Source: a virus. From it: a stretch of DNA of 64,000 bases. Where the stretch lies: IMG/VR virus record IMGVR_UViG_3300024289_000019, positions 32,001 through 96,000 of that record; one strand, given 5' to 3'. Positions 49,896 to 58,199 of the stretch are shown piece by piece. Numbering within the stretch: position 1 is the first letter of the stretch; every line of letters starts with the position of its first letter. The notes below the pieces were generated by a model. The model worked only from the letters and a program-made list of their open reading frames with translations. It ran no database searches and was not told where the DNA came from. The position numbers were made by a program, and so were the translations under genes.

Positions 49896-49923
49896 TGAGT
49901 AGTTTATAGTCATACTCAGGACT
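49896..49923 (-). ncRNA. Predicted H-type pseudoknot element, copy 2
   Basis: AGUC/GACU and UGAGUA/UACUCA stems, UAAAC loop. Confidence 0.55.
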
Positions 49924-49934
49924 TTGTTCGTTAT

Positions 49935-50357
49935 TTATAGATAACGAGCAATAGCGTTGTAAGTAGAAGTAGAAACTACTTCCTCATCGGTCATCTTGAG
50001 AATACGAATAGCGTTCTCAATCTCCTCTACCATTTCGTTATACTGCCAATCGTGGAAAGTCTGAAAGTCTTTCTTTGGTTCAGCAGGTAGTTCAATAGCA
50101 TTAGCAGGAAGGTAGAAATCTACATTTATCCTTCCGTCATAACGCTTGTTAGCAGACAAGTTTTCTGCCTTAGAGATAGCAGTTAGAGCAAGTTTAGCGA
50201 CTTCCTTGTTCCACTTCTCTTGGGCTTTCTCAAACTTAGCCTCGTTAGTTGCTTGGTTCTCTCTATCCTTTTGGAGTTGAGCGAGTTTTGTTTCTAAGGC
50301 TTTGATAACCTTAGTTGTAGCGATTTTTACATTTATCGCTTTTCCGTTTCTTGCCAT
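49935..50357 (-). CDS. Hypothetical coiled-coil protein
   Basis: Strong RBS and motif promoter. Confidence 0.7.
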   Translation of the reverse strand: MARNGKAINVKIATTKVIKALETKLAQLQKDRENQATNEAKFEKAQEKWNKEVAKLALTAISKAENLSANKRYDGRINVDFYLPANAIELPAEPKKDFQTFHDWQYNEMVEEIENAIRILKMTDEEVVSTSTYNAIARYL

Positions 50358-50440
50358 TTATTTATTTTCCTTTCGTTGTTTGTTTGGGAGTTTATTATAG
50401 CAGGGACTACCGACATTTTCGGTAATCCCTGCTTGTCTAT

Positions 50441-50620
50441 TTAGTTAGATAGACTTTCCGCTGAGATGGTTGTCCAGCGAGTTTCTTTTGTTGGTAGTTC
50501 CAACAAAACACGCACCGAGCCAGATGCGTTAGGCACAATCTCTTTGATTACGCCTGTTTTCTTTGACTTTAGGGTGGTGAATAAATCGCCAACCTTGTAA
50601 GTATAACCATTTATGGTCAT
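50441..50620 (-). CDS. Small SH3/KOW-like protein (not in ORF track)
   Basis: 59 aa MTINGYTYKVGDLFTTLKSKKTGVIKEIVP...; GAAAGGA RBS. Confidence 0.65.
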   Translation of the reverse strand: MTINGYTYKVGDLFTTLKSKKTGVIKEIVPNASGSVRVLLELPTKETRWTTISAESLSN

Positions 50621-50698
50621 TTTGCTTCCTTTCTGTTAGTAGTTGGGTTGTATTTTAGCATACCCCACCGACAATCGGCAAGGTATAGCGGTGTGAGA

Positions 50699-50965
50699 TT
50701 AGTCACACCAAGCCTCTAGGTGGTGCTGTTCGATAATAGCCCATGCGGGTGCGGTATCTCTGCCTTTATAGGATACGCCTTCGGGCATTGGTATCTCACG
50801 ATCAGTTTCGCCCTCATCATAAGCAAAAATAGCCTCAATACAAGGTTCTACCATGCTAGTAGGAACGGGCGGGTAATGATTAGCAGTTAGATGAATTGAG
50901 ATAGCAGTAGATAAATCTAATCCTAAATCATAGTCAGCTAAATCGTGTGCGAAATTACTTCCCAT
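50699..50965 (-). CDS. Hypothetical phage protein
   Basis: HLTANHYPPVP...HHLEAW. Confidence 0.65.
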   Translation of the reverse strand: MGSNFAHDLADYDLGLDLSTAISIHLTANHYPPVPTSMVEPCIEAIFAYDEGETDREIPMPEGVSYKGRDTAPAWAIIEQHHLEAWCD

Positions 50966-51236
50966 TATTTTCCTCCAATACTGAGTTTTTCATTTGTTCC
51001 ATTTCGTCAATAGTTTCGATTAGTTCCCTGAATTGTGTTTCAGTTAGTAATACTTTAGTAATTTTATCAGTTGTAGCAGAAGCAATAGCAGTAGCATACA
51101 TAAACATAGCCCTAGCGAATTGTTCTTGGTCTAAGTCATGGCGAGAATGGACAATAAAAGAAGCGAGTTCCATTTGTTCATCGCCAATAATTCCCTCTTG
51201 AGTAGCCTCAAGTAGAGCAGAAGCAGTAGATAACAT
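50955..51236 (-). CDS. Hypothetical protein
   Basis: RBS and motif promoter. Confidence 0.65.
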   Translation of the reverse strand: MLSTASALLEATQEGIIGDEQMELASFIVHSRHDLDQEQFARAMFMYATAIASATTDKITKVLLTETQFRELIETIDEMEQMKNSVLEENNGK

Positions 51237-51291
51237 TTATTTCCTTTCGTTGTGGTAGTGGGCTAGATTATACACTAGCCCACCGACATTA

Positions 51292-51546
51292 TTAGGCTAG
51301 GGCTAAGATAGCCTGAGAAGCACCGTCATTTACACGGGCGAGTTCTGCCTCTAACTCATTACGAGTAAATTTGGCAGGATTACCGATAAGTTCTGATACC
51401 ATGCGAGAATTTTCCTCAACAAAGATACCTGCGGGCAGGCGCTTTACTGCTGAATAGAAAGAGCCTTGTGGGTCAAGCATAGAAACAAATTCTACGCCTG
51501 CAACGGAGAATGGGTACTTTACCCAGTTAGTTGTATCTAAAGACAT
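51292..51546 (-). CDS. Hypothetical protein
   Basis: RBS and motif promoter. Confidence 0.65.
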   Translation of the reverse strand: MSLDTTNWVKYPFSVAGVEFVSMLDPQGSFYSAVKRLPAGIFVEENSRMVSELIGNPAKFTRNELEAELARVNDGASQAILALA

Positions 51547-51805
51547 TTATTTTCCTTTCGTTTGTCGTTAGACTAGGAATTATACACGAAGCCTGCGACA
51601 TTTTACATTTGAGTATCGGCGTGTCGGGCATTTGTGAGATTTCTCACAAAATCCCGTGATTATCCACAGGCCCACTTAAACATGTGGAAAACCCCGCACA
51701 TACTGCGGGCCTTTTATATTTTAAAAAATAAATATAAAAATAAAAGTAACGGAGAAATTAAAAAACCGATAAAGATCAACGTTGTCAGAGCTGCAAAAAA
51801 TTCTA

Positions 51806-52528
51806 TCATTTTTTACTCGCAGAAAATCTAACATCCGCTTTACCGTACACACATAAGCCGCATGATACGCATGCGCTGCCATTGGTGGAGATAAGTGGAA
51901 TTTGTTTATTATTTTCAGGACATTTTGCACCAGGCTTACCAATTAATTCTTTCATAGTATTTTCGGTGACTGCAAAAGTTTTACCTAGATACGCTAATTT
52001 AATTCCAGAATTATTTTTGCGTAAGTCATGAGCAATTTCTTTATTCTCATCATCGGTAGAAAAATAAAGAGAGAGGTTAGAAATATCCTTAAGGATAAGC
52101 GCTGCAGACTTTACACGAGTATATACCCAAAATTGCACATCGGGATTATTTTGGATAACCGCTTTCCACGCATATGCATAGGTATCATTAAAGAAATCGC
52201 CATCCCAGTGTATACGGAATAACTTTTCTGCATTACGCTTTTCACAATCTGCAACAAAATCAGCAATCATATCGCTAAGCAATAGAGACATGGTATCCAT
52301 ATCTGCATTGCGTAGCAATTCCCAGTTATGCAGAAGAGTATTCTTTACTCCTTTGTATACTCTTTCAAGTTTTCCTGCATAGCAAACGCTTTCACAAACA
52401 CTAGTGGCACCAGGACACGAGAAATCTTTTCCAGCAGGTAATCCAAAAGTGTTAGCGATTGTTGGGGTTTTTCCATTTTTTGAGACAGCATTAGCGACCT
52501 TCCTATCATTAGACCTTTTTAGTTTCAT
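51806..52528 (-). CDS. Gene product 88 (GP88)-family protein
   Basis: SCPGATSVCESVCYA, FRIHWDGDF, FWVYTR, CVSCGLC. Confidence 0.75.
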   Translation of the reverse strand: MKLKRSNDRKVANAVSKNGKTPTIANTFGLPAGKDFSCPGATSVCESVCYAGKLERVYKGVKNTLLHNWELLRNADMDTMSLLLSDMIADFVADCEKRNAEKLFRIHWDGDFFNDTYAYAWKAVIQNNPDVQFWVYTRVKSAALILKDISNLSLYFSTDDENKEIAHDLRKNNSGIKLAYLGKTFAVTENTMKELIGKPGAKCPENNKQIPLISTNGSACVSCGLCVYGKADVRFSASKK

Positions 52529-52576
52529 TATACACCTTTCGTTATGGGCCCTATTGTAGCAGGGCCCACCGACATT

Positions 52577-53074
52577 TTACCAAGAGGACTGATAGTAGTA
52601 GGATAAATCCTTATACTCATCATTTTCTACTAGTGGGGCTATCTGCTTGATAGTGTCCTTGATATCAGACCAATAGTATTCATCGATATCATATGAGCCG
52701 AAAAAGAAACCAGCAGACGGCATTAGTTCGCTAGGGTCTTTCTTGAATAAGGCTTGACGGCAGGTAGTAAGTAATTCTTTTAGTTTATCACGAGATACAT
52801 AGTATTCACCGCAATTATCTTCACCGCCTTGTACATTATCGACAAACCATTTGTGTATCTGATTAGCCTTACGCCAATACGCCACATTTACGCTAACATC
52901 TACGCCATAGATACTTTCAGTATCTACAAGAGTATCAACACCAGCAGCATTTACTACATCATTCCATTGTGGATAAGTTGCAGCAGAGTATTTAGTGTCT
53001 AAATCTCTATCTAATTTAGACCAGTCAATTTTAGCAATATGCTTACGAGCAGAGAGGTACATATCTAAACCCAT
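52577..53074 (-). CDS. Conserved phage protein
   Basis: MGLDMYL...YWRKANQIHKWF...GFFFGS...YYQSSW. Confidence 0.75.
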   Translation of the reverse strand: MGLDMYLSARKHIAKIDWSKLDRDLDTKYSAATYPQWNDVVNAAGVDTLVDTESIYGVDVSVNVAYWRKANQIHKWFVDNVQGGEDNCGEYYVSRDKLKELLTTCRQALFKKDPSELMPSAGFFFGSYDIDEYYWSDIKDTIKQIAPLVENDEYKDLSYYYQSSW

Positions 53075-53368
53075 TATTTTATTCCTTTCGTTAGGTTAGG
53101 CTGCTATTATAGCGGAAGCCACCGACAAATTCCACGACACGCCGAAAAAATTCCTGTGAAAAAAATCACATCTACTTAACGACACGCCCGACCCCGCAAG
53201 ATCTGCGGGCTTGTTGAAATTTCAACTAATCCCAATTAGTTTTCAAACCAGCTGCGGTTTTTTTATGTTTTGTTTTTCTTGAATAAATTTTTTTAGATTT
53301 TATTGGCGTTGCGGCATTTGACCTCCGCAATTCCAAAATTCTTTTTATTCTTTCTTTATTTGGTAATT

Positions 53369-53560
53369 TCATTTTGTTCCTAACTTTGGTAATTTGTAAT
53401 TTGAAGCGTCATAGAATTTATTTGCGTCAAATCTTGGATTATCTTTCGCAAACATTTCCGCAAAATCTATAACCATTTTTGAAAAAACGGCTGGGTGAGT
53501 TTTATCGCTAACATAGTTTAGAATTTTAGCGGTTTCAACATAGTGTTTTTTAGATGTCAT
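53369..53560 (-). CDS. Hypothetical phage protein
   Basis: KKHY...FAKDNPRFD motif. Confidence 0.65.
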   Translation of the reverse strand: MTSKKHYVETAKILNYVSDKTHPAVFSKMVIDFAEMFAKDNPRFDANKFYDASNYKLPKLGTK

Positions 53561-53763
53561 TTTTCCACGACCCTTCTGCCTTCACGATAAAAGATTTTGG
53601 TATAGCATTTTCCGCTAGGTGTGTAGAGATTTACAGTTGAGTAATCCATAGCAAATCCCCAATCCACATAACTAGCAAAACTCTTGTGAGCCTCTAGTTC
53701 ATCAGCGATTTGTTGTGTGAAGTGTGGAGAATTTTCATCATAAGCAACAGTTATTTTATACAT
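53557..53763 (-). CDS. Hypothetical protein
   Basis: ORF in leftward operon. Confidence 0.6.
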   Translation of the reverse strand: MYKITVAYDENSPHFTQQIADELEAHKSFASYVDWGFAMDYSTVNLYTPSGKCYTKIFYREGRRVVEK

Positions 53764-53984
53764 TAGTTAGCCTCCTGAGTAGCAAAAATTGAAAGTTCAT
53801 TTTCGGAAAGCAATCCGTTATCCCAAATCACATCTCCGTCATTATCTAAAATAAGTTCATAGGGATTACACTCGCAAGTTTCATAGTCAAAATAATCCTC
53901 GCCATTTCCCCAATAAATAGCACCCATACCACGACAGGCATCACAATTTTTTATTGCTCTTAGAGCAGTTTCAAGTTTATCCAT
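53763..53984 (-). CDS. Small zinc-binding protein
   Basis: CDACRGMG...CEC; paralog at 55729..55848. Confidence 0.6.
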   Translation of the reverse strand: MDKLETALRAIKNCDACRGMGAIYWGNGEDYFDYETCECNPYELILDNDGDVIWDNGLLSENELSIFATQEAN

Positions 53985-54144
53985 TTTCTTTTTCCTTTCT
54001 TTCTTGAATTGTAGCAGTTAGCACCGACAACGCTTCCGCCTTAGAGGCTTCACGCTGGGCGTTGATAAAGTTTCTGAATTCGATCAAATCCATTTTAGTT
54101 TTCCTTTCGTTTATTGGTTAGATTATAGCGGAAGCCACCGACAT

Positions 54145-54357
54145 TTAGTCGGGAAGCCTAACCGCAACAGTAGCCCACTCATCTTTGAGCGAACCCGTAG
54201 GGCGGTAGCGAATTGAATAGGCTTCGTAGCCCTCAGATAAATAGACATCATCTCGCTTTTCCGCAAAGTTGATAATTCCGCCATTGTATCTCCTACGCAT
54301 AGAAGTAGGCGCATAGTATTGGTCAATTAGTAAATCAACAATAGAATATGAACGCAT
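54145..54357 (-). CDS. Hypothetical protein
   Basis: Paralog of 56010..56204. Confidence 0.6.
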   Translation of the reverse strand: MRSYSIVDLLIDQYYAPTSMRRRYNGGIINFAEKRDDVYLSEGYEAYSIRYRPTGSLKDEWATVAVRLPD

Positions 54358-54881
54358 TATCCTAGTATCCTTTCTCCATAGTAATTCTCAAAATCAGCAA
54401 TAGTCATCAGACCTTTATACTCATTACAAAATCCGCAGAATTTAGTATCCGCAGAGTATTCAGTTTCGCAGAAGCAACAAATTAGTTTCATTTAGTTATC
54501 CTTTCTAACTTTCTTGGCGAAAGTTTATCAGAAAGCACCGACATTTTCAAATCCAAATCGTAATTTCTCAAATAGTAAGACGGCGTGTCGTGTGATAAAA
54601 ATCACAAATTTTTTTTGTGATAAATCTCACAAAATTCCCGTGATTTTTAAAATTGGACATAAAAGACAAATCGCCCCCACACTACGTACGGGCGTGATCG
54701 AGCTTTGTCAAGACGACACGCCGCTTAGGCGGTGTGAGTTGCCTCACATTCCGCAGAGCATTCGGCGGGAAGGCTAAAGAGATACTTTAGCAGAGCCTTA
54801 CGCTCAGACATAGATATTTCAGGGTGATATTGTTTTACACCACCATGTTGATATTCAAAGATGATTTTATCTAAAGTTTTT

Positions 54882-55088
54882 TTAGTTAGCATTTACTTTA
54901 TTCCTTTCTAAATCTTTATGTGCGTAGTAGCAACGCATTTCGTGAAGTCTAATCCACTTTGAGATTTGAAATCTTGAACAGATGTAGCATTTATGCCACT
55001 TTTGTTTTAGCCAAATTTTATTGTTATCTGAATTGTATAAATCCAACATTGTGTGTTGTTTTTCGCATTTACATTTTTTGTTAGTCAT
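54882..55088 (-). CDS. Small Cys/His-rich protein
   Basis: GAAAGG RBS and motif promoter. Confidence 0.5.
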   Translation of the reverse strand: MTNKKCKCEKQHTMLDLYNSDNNKIWLKQKWHKCYICSRFQISKWIRLHEMRCYYAHKDLERNKVNAN

Positions 55089-55728
55089 TTTCTAAACCAA
55101 CCTTTCTAACTTTCTAATAACTGAAGTCTAGCAGGGGGGTCTGACATTCTACTGACCAGTATGCGTACAAATCGGACATTTCGTTTTGTGATTTACACCA
55201 CATTTTCCAGGCATTTAGACAAAACGGACATAAGGGTACAAAACGCCCGCAAAAGACTGCGGGCAGCTGCCGATTTTGTCAAATCGACACGCCGCTTTTA
55301 TTTTATTTTTTTATTTCTTTTGTTGCCAATCTGATCGTGTAAATTACGCTAAGAATTAGCGCAATTTGAACAGCGGAAGTTAGAAGTCTATTCATTAGAA
55401 CATTTCACCGCTTTCTAGTAGAGCATCAAACTCAGCATCAATTTCTTTTTCTAGCAGAACATCAAGAGAGATTTCATCTGCCTCATCATCAAAGTATTCA
55501 TTTACTACATAACTATCTTGAATACTTTCATATTTATATTCACTAGGGTTTCTTTCCCAACTCATAGCATACATTATTTATTTTCCTTTCTTATTGCGGT
55601 AAATCTTATACGCTACCACCGACAAAATAACTAGACCTAGACCTAGCCAAGAAGCGTAGAAATCAAATTGAGCGGTCTCAAAGGCAATTCCATCTGACCC
55701 TAATTCTATTAGTAAGTATCTATCCATT

Positions 55729-55848
55729 TTAGTTATTCTCCTTTATACATTCGCAAGTTTCTACATCATAGTCTAAGTCATTACCCCAAAAGATAAGACC
55801 TACGCCATTACATTCATCACATTCAATTCTAGTTAGAGAGTTTATCAT
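55729..55848 (-). CDS. 39 aa zinc-binding peptide (not in ORF track)
   Basis: MINSLTRIECDECNGVGLIFWGNDLDYDVETCEC; AACGAAAGGAA RBS. Confidence 0.6.
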   Translation of the reverse strand: MINSLTRIECDECNGVGLIFWGNDLDYDVETCECIKENN

Positions 55849-55884
55849 TTATTTATTTCCTTTCGTTAGTGTGATAGTAGGTCT

Positions 55885-55924
55885 TATTTGCTAGGCTCAC
55901 CTTTCGGATTATTTGCTAGGCTCA
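55885..55924. repeat. Two 16-bp direct repeats TTATTTGCTAGGCTCA inside an inverted repeat
   Basis: Seen directly; flanked by ATAGTAGG...CCTACTAT. Confidence 0.9.
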
Positions 55925-56009
55925 TACCTACTATTCAATTTTGTTATGTCGTTAGACTATCAGACCTGACCGACATTTTCAAGCCGACACGCCGAAGCGT
56001 GGGTGTGAC

Positions 56010-56204
56010 TTATGCCACACTTACCGCTACTGAGCGGTAGGTATAACCTCCGCCATTCTTACGGATTTCTACAAGATACGCCTCAGCGTTTTCATACCAT
56101 ACACAAGACGGATGTTTTTCAGCCGATACGATTTCGCCCTCAACGGAGCGGGAACGATAAGTTTTACCTACTAGGAGGTTTTCGATAGAGTATAGATTAG
56201 CCAT
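56010..56204 (-). CDS. Hypothetical protein
   Basis: GAAAGGAG RBS; paralog of 54145..54357. Confidence 0.6.
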   Translation of the reverse strand: MANLYSIENLLVGKTYRSRSVEGEIVSAEKHPSCVWYENAEAYLVEIRKNGGGYTYRSVAVSVA

Positions 56205-56921
56205 TATGGTAATCTCCTTTCATTAAGTTAATCGGTATTATTTCAGATTTATTAAGTTTTTTCAAGTCGACACGCCGTTAAGAGAGTGTGATTTGTATCA
56301 CTTGTGGATACAATCACTTTCAATCTCATGACCGAATTCATCTACTAATTCTTCATAGATTTCATCTAGATAATCAAGATAATCAGACATTATTTCTCCT
56401 TTCATTATGTATAGAATACTAACATAGACCACCGACATTTTGACCCGTTTTTCGGGCGTGTCGCAAAACTATTTTTGTGAGATACCTCACATTATGGGCG
56501 CACTATCTATTTTTAAAAAATTTTAAAATAACGTGTATCATACAAATTAAAAATATATTAACATTTTAGAAAAATGAAATTACTAGTTGACTAAAATAAT
56601 ATTAGCATGATAAGATTTATCCAATGTCAGCTAATAGAGTATATATCTGCGATAAATGCGGAGCGGAAATCCAAGTAAGATCTAATTTTGTGTTAAAAAC
56701 ACACTACAATCACATCAGGGAATGTAAAGCTCAATAAAAGCGAAAATCCCTTCGGAGGCGGATCCTAGGGGATTTTCTAATGTAAGGGAGAATGGTGGTT
56801 CTCAACCAAACACTTCTATAATAATAACATATGTGTAATTTGTAGTCAACTAGGAAGAGTATCTGCTATATCAACTGCATCATCTATAGTACGTGGATGC
56901 TCTGATGTGCAATCTCCACAA

Positions 56922-57143
56922 TTACGACACATGCATCTCCTCTGGCCATTTATTTAATGGACAACTAGCATTTAATAGTTGTGTCTTTAATGGCATAATG
57001 CACAAACATTCTTTACATTGTTTTGTTGGTTTAAAAAATTCGGGGCAGGAAGAACAAGTCTCCATTCTTCTCTCTTGCACATGTTTAGGAGCTCTAGGAG
57101 AATTTGGATCTAATAAATCCCATGGTCTAACTTCTCTTGCCAT
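56922..57143 (-). CDS. Small Cys-rich protein
   Basis: CSSCP...QCKECLC...CPLNKW. Confidence 0.65.
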   Translation of the reverse strand: MAREVRPWDLLDPNSPRAPKHVQERRMETCSSCPEFFKPTKQCKECLCIMPLKTQLLNASCPLNKWPEEMHVS

Positions 57144-57273
57144 TTAGAATTCCCCAATTGGACAAGAGAAATCTATATCTGAATAATACTCCGAACTGTG
57201 CTTGTCTACCATAGTACATTTTAATTCTAGTTGACTAAATTCTAGACAAGATTGACAAGTTTTAGAACGAAAT

Positions 57274-57546
57274 TCAGCTAGTAAGGTTTTCTGTAATTGT
57301 GGGTTCAGATTGTCCATTGTCTTCCTTCGGTTTAAATGCTGGCATTGGGCCTAGGATATGACCTTGTTCGTGCAAGTTGACTACATTCTGAATTAGTTCA
57401 GGCTTCTCTGTCATATGTGATGTCAAAATTGACAATAGGTCATAAATTCTGGCCAACATGATATATTGTGCCATTTGTAAATTATCTTCTAAATTGACGT
57501 TTTCTTCGCTCATTTTCGTAATACTTTCTAAGATGTCCTCTAGCAT
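57274..57546 (-). CDS. Hypothetical protein
   Basis: 90 aa ORF. Confidence 0.55.
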   Translation of the reverse strand: MLEDILESITKMSEENVNLEDNLQMAQYIMLARIYDLLSILTSHMTEKPELIQNVVNLHEQGHILGPMPAFKPKEDNGQSEPTITENLTS

Positions 57547-57655
57547 ATTTTCTAGAGTTTAAATGTTTTCGTATTTTAGTATAGCATATAAAGTTGACTC
57601 TTTCTAGTCCGCCGAGCACTTTTTTACTCACTATGCGGCTAAAAAAATTTTCATA

Positions 57656-57922
57656 TTATTTTTCAAGTATAAATATGGCTAATGTACAACCAGTATCGCC
57701 AAATGCATAAATTTTATCTTCTGGCCCAAGATCAACTTTAAAAAATTCTAAAGGTTCAAGTTTAACTCCATAGTTAGTTGGAGAAACATTTCCGTTTCCA
57801 AGATAAGCATGCTTTGAGTTGTCTACATTTTGGATGGATATAAAATTTGGACCATCTATAGCATCGTCAATAGTAAGTTCTACTGGTGTTGCAGACATGG
57901 ATACAAGTTTTGTTCTTAACAT
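57656..57922 (-). CDS. Hypothetical beta-rich protein
   Basis: 88 aa ORF. Confidence 0.55.
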   Translation of the reverse strand: MLRTKLVSMSATPVELTIDDAIDGPNFISIQNVDNSKHAYLGNGNVSPTNYGVKLEPLEFFKVDLGPEDKIYAFGDTGCTLAIFILEK

Positions 57923-57929
57923 ATGTCTA

Positions 57930-58199
57930 TTATATCACTTTTTCTTCTGGCGCCGAAGCACTTTCAATTATTTCGTGTAGCAAAATAGCTGTATTACTGG
58001 CAATTACAGAATTATCTACATTCAGTCTTATCCAAGGACCGTAGGAATCCATTCTGGTAGATCCCTGGTATACCTGACCAGTTTCTTGGTCAATCAATAT
58101 CCATTTTTCTGGAACTCTAGTTCTCACTAAAAGATTAATTGGAGTTTGTAAAGGGGTAAGACTTGTCCCGTCCTTCAATTTTCTTTTTGATGTTTTCAT
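57930..58199 (-). CDS. Hypothetical protein
   Basis: P.KWILID.ETGQ.Y.G shared with the adjacent gene. Confidence 0.6.
   Translation of the reverse strand: MKTSKRKLKDGTSLTPLQTPINLLVRTRVPEKWILIDQETGQVYQGSTRMDSYGPWIRLNVDNSVIASNTAILLHEIIESASAPEEKVI

Larger units (their letters stand above)
44756..56437 (-). promoter_or_regulatory. Array of 18 TGTC(G/A)G-N10-TAnnnT promoters (PafBC/RecA-NDp consensus)
   Basis: CCGACA/CTGACA on + at 44772, 46121, 47799, 48197, 49497, 50410, 50668, 51283, 51595 (GCGACA), 52569, 53122, 54024, 54138, 54538, 55141, 55619, 55970, 56432, each exactly 10 bp from a -10 hexamer. Confidence 0.88.
46135..56491. promoter_or_regulatory. Cluster of TGTGA-N6-TCACA (CRP/GlxR-type) sites
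   Basis: Perfect at 50692, 51633, 53155, 54591, 54616, 54733, 56476; one mismatch at 46135, 49542, 55187, 56004, 56287. Confidence 0.8.

Noticed and set aside
54514-54777. + strand ORFs in the leftward block (54514..54777, 46184..46444, 49524..49709, 51634..51831)
   Set aside because: They overlay motif-dense regulatory cassettes, lack an RBS and run against local gene orientation.
44756-56437. CCACCGACA repeats as a CRISPR array or integron attC sites
   Set aside because: They are short, irregularly spaced, separated by whole genes and always at a fixed distance from a -10 box, which fits promoters.
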